Below, piece by piece: positions 24,107-29,337 of a stretch of 29,337 bases of DNA. Position 1 is the stretch's first letter. Every line of letters begins with the position of its first letter. The DNA lies in the IMG/VR virus record IMGVR_UViG_3300020045_001160, positions 1 through 29,337 of that record; one strand, given 5' to 3'. Under the pieces are notes generated by a model. That model had not been told where the DNA came from. It worked only from the letters and a program-made list of their open reading frames with translations, and did not search any database. This stretch comes from a virus. Taxonomy: Duplodnaviria > Caudoviricetes. Both the position numbers and the translations under genes were made by a program.

Positions 24107-24402
24107 GCTACGTGTCCCCAAGTGTCGTATTGCACTACCCGTGTGATCGAGTTGACGTGCACTCCATATTGCTTTGCAAGCGCTGCATTGCTTAAATTGT
24201 CGCGTATATGCTGCAGCAAGGCTTCACGCTGACGTGTCGCCGAACGGATAGATACCACGTCAATGTCGAGCAGCTTGCTATGCGGCAAGTCCTGCCCTCG
24301 CAGGGCCAGTTCTCGCGCACGCAGCTTCCACTCGCGGCGATCCATAATCCCCGGGCGACGCTGGCGTCCGATGACGTGGCGGGCGTAGTGGGTGATGGCC
24401 AT
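24103..24402 (-). CDS. Stand-alone HTH protein resembling the DNA-binding tail of HNH endonucleases
   Basis: RGQDLPHSKL....V.SIR...LAKQYGVH...I......TW.HV. Confidence 0.65.
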   Translation of the reverse strand: MAITHYARHVIGRQRRPGIMDRREWKLRARELALRGQDLPHSKLLDIDVVSIRSATRQREALLQHIRDNLSNAALAKQYGVHVNSITRVVQYDTWGHVA

Positions 24403-26636
24403 CAGACGATCTCGGATTCTTGATCTGTGAACAATCCTTCTTGCATCTTCTCGGCATCTTCAATGTTCTGGCAAGCTAATTCCCAGTAAGCCGGTTTCAA
24501 TTCCATGCCGATGAACTTTCGGCCCATACGTACAGCGCAATAGCCTTCGCTTCCAATGCCTGTGAACGGCGAAAAAATCACATCGCCTTTATTAGTCCAA
24601 AGATGGATGCAGCGCTCGATGACGTCCAGCTGGAGAGGGCACATGTGTTTTTCGTCGTTATCATCGCGCGCCGGTAATTTGTTCAATGTCCGGCTCTGGT
24701 TGATGTCGGTCCAAATCGGGCTGGCATATTTCTGCCACATCATCACCGGTAGGTCGTCGCCATGGGTGACGCGAGTTTCACAATCGCCCGGCTTGCGCAT
24801 GGTTACTACGTAATCAGGCAGACCCATTCGGCTCATGGTGCTGTTCTCGCGGATGGTCTTGTGCAGCAAGCCAAGTGCTTTGGTGCGCTGCATCGCCACT
24901 ACCGGGTCTTTCCAGATCGCAACTTCTGAATGGTAAATGAATCCTGCATCCTGAAATGCGCGGATCAGGTCGCCACGGAAATCTCGCAGGCCGATGAATC
25001 CTTGGCGCATCTTGGTTGTCGGCAGATTCATGCAATGGAATGAGACATTTCGGCCTGGCTTCAAGGTGCGGAATAACTCTGTGATCAGGAATCTCAATTG
25101 CGCGACAAACTCGCCATCGTTTTTGCAGTTACCCATGTCGTGGTCGCTGTTGGAATAAACGAATAAATCAGCGAACGGAGGAGAAAATACCGAATAGTCA
25201 ATGCTGTTGTCTGGTAGATTTCTGGAGTGCTTCACGCAATCACCCAGATAAACCGTGAAGTTTTCTGACTTGTAAACGTCCTCTCTGTATTCGTCAACAA
25301 TGTTCTCTTGTCCGGCCAGTTCGTTGTTCATAATGTCTTTCATGTGCTCAATCATGTTGGCGCTCATTTCGTTGTGGTTGACTTCTTTGCGTTTGATATT
25401 GGCCAGAATCTGGCCTTCGTTTTCAGCGGTGAAAATATGCACATGCACATTACGCTTTTGGCCGAACCGGTAGCAGCGGCGCACGGATTGGTAGAACTTC
25501 TCGAAAGAGTCATCAAGTCCGACAAAGGCCATGCGGGCACAGTGTTGCCAGTTCATTCCATAGCCGCATATTTTTGGTTTACTGGCCAGAACGCGAAGAT
25601 TTCCGTGCGTGAATGCCGTCATGTTTTTGGTCTTAGATTCAGCCGAATCGGAGCCCTGAACATTGACAGAACCCGTGATAAGTGACTCAATCAGGTCAGC
25701 CTCATCATTTAGATGGCACCAGATTAGCCACGGCTCATCTGGTTCTGCATTGACGATATCGGCCAGCGCTTTGCATCGGGCTTCAATGCTGTCACGCTGT
25801 GCCTTGCGGCGCTCCAACATGGTCTGCGCTGGGCGTGCAAACAACTCGTCGCCAAGTTGATCTGTTTCAACCACATGTTCGTGGTAGACCATGGGCGGCA
25901 ATTCGTAGCGCGAGCCGTCAAATCCGATATCGGACGGATTGCGCAGCACGACCGACCATGAACCCATCCAAGACCAGAACATGGATGCGCCCCACCCCTT
26001 AAGTCTCCAAGTCCCCGTATCGCCGGTATCGTTGACAAAGTATGTCGCCAGCATTTCTGTTCGTGTCATGACGCCCAAAAACTCGCATTGATTGCCGAGT
26101 TCTTCAAAGTCGTTCGGGCTTGGAGTGGCCGTGCAGCTGAGCCGATACGGGACGCGCTGGCTCGCTTCAATGATGGCCGTTCGGGTCTTTCCATTATGCG
26201 ATTTGAGTATGGATGATTCATCTAGGACGATTCCATGCAGCTCCTCAAAGTCGATCACGTCCATTCGCTCGTAGTTGGTGATCCATATCCCTGGCGCATC
26301 GGGTGCTTGACCGTGTGGCACGCGCTTTACTTCAATGCCGAAGGTGGACCCCTGCTCAATGGTTTGCTCAGATACCGCCAGAGGGGCCAGAATCAAAACA
26401 ATACCTCCCGTGTGAGAAACTACCTCATCAGCCCATGCAAGCTGCATCAAAGTCTTGCCGAGACCTGTATCGGCAAATATCGCGGCACGGCCACGTCGAA
26501 CGGCCCACGACACAATCGCATGCTGAAAATCGAATAGGTTTTCGTTCAGGTCTCCGGGTGCATGGCCGGTAGCTACTTCAGAGCGTCGTTTTCCTCTTAC
26601 GAATTCTGCATAAGGGTCTAAAATCATTTCAGTCAT
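24402..26636 (-). CDS. SNF2-like helicase fused to an N4/N6 DNA methyltransferase
   Basis: ADTGLGKT, LDESS, TATPSPN, G.NWQ, Q.VRRC.RFGQ helicase motifs, then DCV..YSVFSPPF and FSPFTGIGSEG (beta-class MTase order); AGAGGA RBS before ATG 26636. Confidence 0.85.
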   Translation of the reverse strand: MTEMILDPYAEFVRGKRRSEVATGHAPGDLNENLFDFQHAIVSWAVRRGRAAIFADTGLGKTLMQLAWADEVVSHTGGIVLILAPLAVSEQTIEQGSTFGIEVKRVPHGQAPDAPGIWITNYERMDVIDFEELHGIVLDESSILKSHNGKTRTAIIEASQRVPYRLSCTATPSPNDFEELGNQCEFLGVMTRTEMLATYFVNDTGDTGTWRLKGWGASMFWSWMGSWSVVLRNPSDIGFDGSRYELPPMVYHEHVVETDQLGDELFARPAQTMLERRKAQRDSIEARCKALADIVNAEPDEPWLIWCHLNDEADLIESLITGSVNVQGSDSAESKTKNMTAFTHGNLRVLASKPKICGYGMNWQHCARMAFVGLDDSFEKFYQSVRRCYRFGQKRNVHVHIFTAENEGQILANIKRKEVNHNEMSANMIEHMKDIMNNELAGQENIVDEYREDVYKSENFTVYLGDCVKHSRNLPDNSIDYSVFSPPFADLFVYSNSDHDMGNCKNDGEFVAQLRFLITELFRTLKPGRNVSFHCMNLPTTKMRQGFIGLRDFRGDLIRAFQDAGFIYHSEVAIWKDPVVAMQRTKALGLLHKTIRENSTMSRMGLPDYVVTMRKPGDCETRVTHGDDLPVMMWQKYASPIWTDINQSRTLNKLPARDDNDEKHMCPLQLDVIERCIHLWTNKGDVIFSPFTGIGSEGYCAVRMGRKFIGMELKPAYWELACQNIEDAEKMQEGLFTDQESEIV

Positions 26637-26701
26637 TTTCAAAAATCCTCTTTTGTGATTTATAGAAGCCCGCATCAGGTAACGCTGCTGCGGGTTTTGT
26701 T

Positions 26702-26839
26702 TTATGCGGTCCTGAACCGCTGCGATGCAGTCGCCACAGGCTTAGCGGGTACTGGCTTAGGTGCAAAGTTATGCGAGTGGCCCTTACGGAAAGCGAGCAA
26801 TGCGGCTGTGCGTTCTGCGGGTGAGAGTGGGTGTGTCAT
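26702..26839 (-). CDS. 45 aa hypothetical peptide
   Basis: MTHPLSPAERTAALLAFRKGHSHNF...; ATGA overlap with the upstream gene. Confidence 0.45.
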   Translation of the reverse strand: MTHPLSPAERTAALLAFRKGHSHNFAPKPVPAKPVATASQRFRTA

Positions 26840-27465
26840 GGCTTTACTCCGATTCCGTGGAATTTTTCGGAAGATTTAACGCCGAGCTCAAAGGCATCAA
26901 GAAGTCTGACGCTATGCGCTAGACCTAGTGCTGTTGCGTAATTTTCAATGTTACTGATCGGCATCGGCACATGATGCACTGCCACTTGCTGCGCCTTCAA
27001 ATAAGACTCCGAAAGCTCATCGTAGCTTTTTTCGTAGACTGCAATTTCATCTGCATCAGCAGCCAGCATGTCAGCCGACTTCAGCACCATTTGCTTTTCA
27101 TTTCCCTCGATACACTTGAAAGAAGCGTGTTCACGCAGGCACTCAATCGGCGCCTCACGCTCAGCCGACAGGGGTTGCTTGGCTGGTGCAGGGCGCGTGA
27201 ATAAATCTACATTCAACCCTCCGACGCCGCCATGCCAGTTTTTGCAGGCCATGCCACTTGGCGTTGATCTTTTCCATTCGCCGCATTTAGAACACTTGCA
27301 CCCAATTGCATCTGGTGCCACGCTCTGCGCTTCTTCGCGGGCGATGGCTTCATATAAAACTTTGATAGCATCACTCTGCATTGAGTAGTTACGAATAGTG
27401 TCATCGTAATTACTGTTGTCCAGTGCATCTATAGCCTGCTTCATCGCTTCGATTGTTGATTTCAT
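26836..27465 (-). CDS. Hypothetical mosaic early phage protein
   Basis: 209 aa with IEAMKQA.DAL N-terminus, CxxC and HGIG C-terminus typical of lambdoid accessory genes. Confidence 0.65.
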   Translation of the reverse strand: MKSTIEAMKQAIDALDNSNYDDTIRNYSMQSDAIKVLYEAIAREEAQSVAPDAIGCKCSKCGEWKRSTPSGMACKNWHGGVGGLNVDLFTRPAPAKQPLSAEREAPIECLREHASFKCIEGNEKQMVLKSADMLAADADEIAVYEKSYDELSESYLKAQQVAVHHVPMPISNIENYATALGLAHSVRLLDAFELGVKSSEKFHGIGVKP

Positions 27466-27617
27466 TTGCTTTCCATTTTTTTGTGCTCACGGTGAATGAA
27501 TTTCACAAGCCAAGCTCGACCATGCCAATTAAGAAGTGATCTGAGCATTGCCCAGTCACTAGGAATGAGTCGGATTGAACCTGGAATGGATGGGGGTGGT
27601 TTAGGTTTTTTAAGCAT
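27462..27617 (-). CDS. Small basic putative transcription regulator (Cro-position gene)
   Basis: MLKKPKPPPSIPGSIRLIPSDWAMLRSLL..GRAWL; first gene of the leftward operon next to the AT-rich divergent region. Confidence 0.5.
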   Translation of the reverse strand: MLKKPKPPPSIPGSIRLIPSDWAMLRSLLNWHGRAWLVKFIHREHKKMESK

Positions 27618-27619
27618 GA

Positions 27620-27700
27620 TGCATGGTAGCACAAAAATAAATTTGCGTAATACATAAAAATGCTCATTGATTGATAAAAACGTGGTACATTTATTCCCAT
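27620..27700. promoter_or_regulatory. AT-rich divergent promoter region
   Basis: Lies between oppositely oriented operons; TGGTACATT extended -10-like element on the + strand. Confidence 0.5.
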
Positions 27701-27915
27701 GCACTGAACGACTTATCCAGTAAGTGCAGGACCGCTAGGACTCCAGCAACCCCAAAGCTGTGACGAGTGCGATATGGGTTAGGACGACATTGAGCCGACG
27801 CGCATTGACGCGAAACCATGTCAGAGGCTTGGAAACAGGCATAACCCCCTCGTGATGGGGTCGCCATTCGCAAGAGTGGCAAAACCAGAGCATTTAATGA
27901 GTGCTGCGGTTTTTA
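27700..27915 (+). ncRNA. Structured early leader RNA
   Basis: Consecutive hairpins GCTTG-GAAA-CAGGC, ACCCC..GTGA..GGGGT, GCCATTC-GCAA-GAGTGGC, AAAACC..AGCATTT-aat-GAGTGCT..GGTTTT. Confidence 0.5.
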
Positions 27916-27928
27916 ACCAAGGATAAGC

Positions 27929-28159
27929 ATGAAGATTGAAAAAAACATACCTATTCCAGCAAAAAACACAGGCGTGAATGCGTATCCGCTTAAATCAATG
28001 GATATTGGGGATAGCTTCATTTTGCCAGCCATCAAATCAGAAATTTCAAAAGTAAGAAGTAGCGTAATGGCATCCATTCGGTATTGCAGGCTGCAAACAG
28101 GCATGGGCTTTGTTTGCCGGTCTGTTGATGGCGGCTTGCGGGTCTGGCGTACTGAGTAG
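27929..28159 (+). CDS. Small conserved phage protein, probably DNA-binding
   Basis: IEKNIPIP...YP...M.IGDSF...G.RVWR signature; AAGGA RBS. Confidence 0.75.
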   Translation: MKIEKNIPIPAKNTGVNAYPLKSMDIGDSFILPAIKSEISKVRSSVMASIRYCRLQTGMGFVCRSVDGGLRVWRTE

Positions 28160-28179
28160 CATTTAAAGCCATGACCCAT

Positions 28180-28326
28180 GCGTCACAAGCTGGCGCATCA
28201 AGACGGCTTCGCAAGAGGCCGGTCACAAATGTGCACAGACAGCAATAAGCGCCTTAGCAGGCCGCAGCCGTACCGCTGATCGCAGCGTGTTCAAAACAAG
28301 GTCTGTCAGTGTGCATTTGTGATTTT
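28180..28326 (+). promoter_or_regulatory. Structured intergenic RNA (GCAA hairpin + long stem, RNase III-site-like)
   Basis: ATGCGTCA/TGGCGCAT, CGGCTTC-GCAA-GAGGCCG, then TCACAAATGTGCAC-a-GACAG ... CTGTC-a-GTGTGCATTTGTGA. Confidence 0.5.
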
Positions 28327-28338
28327 TAAGGAGTGAAC

Positions 28339-29019
28339 ATGGAAGAAACAAAATCAGCGCCGATACAGATCAAGCATCGATGGACTGGCGATTTGTTGTA
28401 CGAGGGTTTATCGGGGATGACGATGCGGGAGACGCTGGAGTCATCCACCAAGAGCGGTGCCGACCTGAGCGGTGCCGACCTGAGCGGTGCCGACCTGAGC
28501 GGTGCCGACCTGAGCGGTGCCGACCTGAGCGGTGCCGACCTGAGCGGTGCCAACCTGAGCGGTGCCAACCTGAGCGGTGCCAACCTGAGCGGTGCCAACC
28601 TGAGCGGTGCCAACCTGAGCGGTGCCGACCTGAGCGATGCCGACCTGAGCGGTGCCAACCTGAGCGATGCCGACCTGAGCGGTGTAATTACAAATTATCT
28701 TACAAATAATTTTCATATCGAATGCCCAGAAGAAGGAGAATTTATTGCATATAAAAAAGCGGGTCAGAAAATAATTACATTGAAAATACACGCTGATTCT
28801 TTACGAAGTTCAGCAACTACAAAAAAATGCAGGTGCAATAAAGCTACTGTAATTGATATTGAAGGATCAAATCCTGTTAATTCTGATTACGATTGTTCAT
28901 TCATTTATGAAATAGGCAAAACATTAGAAGTGCCTGATTTTGACCTGAACCGATGGAATGAATGTTCAGCCGGAATACATTTTTTTATGAACAAAGAAAA
29001 CGCTAAAACATACAGATAA
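28339..29019 (+). CDS. Pentapeptide-repeat protein with C-terminal DUF5758-like domain
   Basis: 15 x A(D/N)LS(G/D), then [13 protein letters not shown]...[14 protein letters not shown]...[15 protein letters not shown]; AAGGAG RBS before ATG 28339. Confidence 0.85.
   Translation: MEETKSAPIQIKHRWTGDLLYEGLSGMTMRETLESSTKSGADLSGADLSGADLSGADLSGADLSGADLSGANLSGANLSGANLSGANLSGANLSGADLSDADLSGANLSDADLSGVITNYLTNNFHIECPEEGEFIAYKKAGQKIITLKIHADSLRSSATTKKCRCNKATVIDIEGSNPVNSDYDCSFIYEIGKTLEVPDFDLNRWNECSAGIHFFMNKENAKTYR
28452..28684 (+). repeat. 15-bp tandem repeat, about 15.5 copies (GAGCGRTGCCRACCT)
   Basis: Read directly; units vary only at two G/A positions. Confidence 0.95.
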
Positions 29020-29021
29020 CC

Positions 29022-29297
29022 ATGAAACTGAAACCAAACCTAATAAAACTAACAGAACGACAACACGCAATTCTGAGCGACAAACCAAACGCCTCGGCTT
29101 ATGTACGTGGGCTGATTGACAGGGATAATGCAACTGAAGACCGTGTAACGCGGTTCGGTATGGCGCTGCAAGTTATCATGAAAGGTAACAAGAGCGAAGA
29201 ACCATCAGTTACAATAGCTAACCTTACGTGGATGCTCGCCAAACAGGTATCCGGCGAAGATCAGTTAAACAATATTATGGAAAGGGGGGCGAAATGA
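29022..29297 (+). CDS. Hypothetical protein with ribbon-helix-helix-like N-terminus
   Basis: LIKLTERQHAILSDKPNASAYVRGLIDRD. Confidence 0.6.
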   Translation: MKLKPNLIKLTERQHAILSDKPNASAYVRGLIDRDNATEDRVTRFGMALQVIMKGNKSEEPSVTIANLTWMLAKQVSGEDQLNNIMERGAK

Positions 29298-29337
29298 GCA
29301 AGAGAACAGGGAATGAACAGGCATGAGCAAAAGCCGC

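Noticed and set aside
27860-27885. c-di-GMP-I riboswitch (CCATTCGxAAGAGTGG resemblance)
   Set aside because: Only one hairpin resembles P2; the flanking GGCAAA/GACGCAAAG and P3 elements are missing.
28452-28684. Tandem array as CRISPR or DGR repeat
   Set aside because: Units are contiguous 15-mers with no spacers and encode in-frame pentapeptides; no cas or reverse transcriptase gene is in the window.
1-29337. tRNA, rRNA, integrase or lysis genes
   Set aside because: No cloverleaf/T-loop consensus or recognisable motifs found by eye; a tRNAscan/HMM run would be needed to exclude them fully.

Overview
A ~29 kb segment of a tailed dsDNA phage or prophage, podovirus-like and probably infecting a proteobacterium. 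Minus strand 1-17.8 kb is the packaging and head module: terS, terL, a Gly-rich protein, a long portal, a four-gene beta-rich appendage cassette, GroES, scaffold, Tad2/DUF2829, an HslV/proteasome-beta-like Thr peptidase, the major capsid protein and the head-tail adaptor. Two free-standing homing endonucleases (GIY-YIG-like and HNH) interrupt it. Minus strand 19-27.6 kb is a lambdoid-style replication/nin region: NinB, DUF6378, DUF1364-like, RusA, DUF6475, initiator, a second GIY-YIG-like protein and an SNF2 helicase-DNA methyltransferase fusion. A divergent early plus-strand operon starts at ~27.7 kb. The most notable observations are: (i) a chaperone + protease + anti-defence sponge cluster inside the capsid operon; (ii) both homing endonuclease cassettes appear to have replaced the 3' end of the neighbouring gene with a recoded copy, one leaving the old end as a relic; (iii) several GNRA-rich structured RNA leaders (before terS, scaffold, capsid genes, replication genes and early genes); (iv) an apparent ATC start codon. 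All family assignments come from motif recognition by eye, not from database searches.
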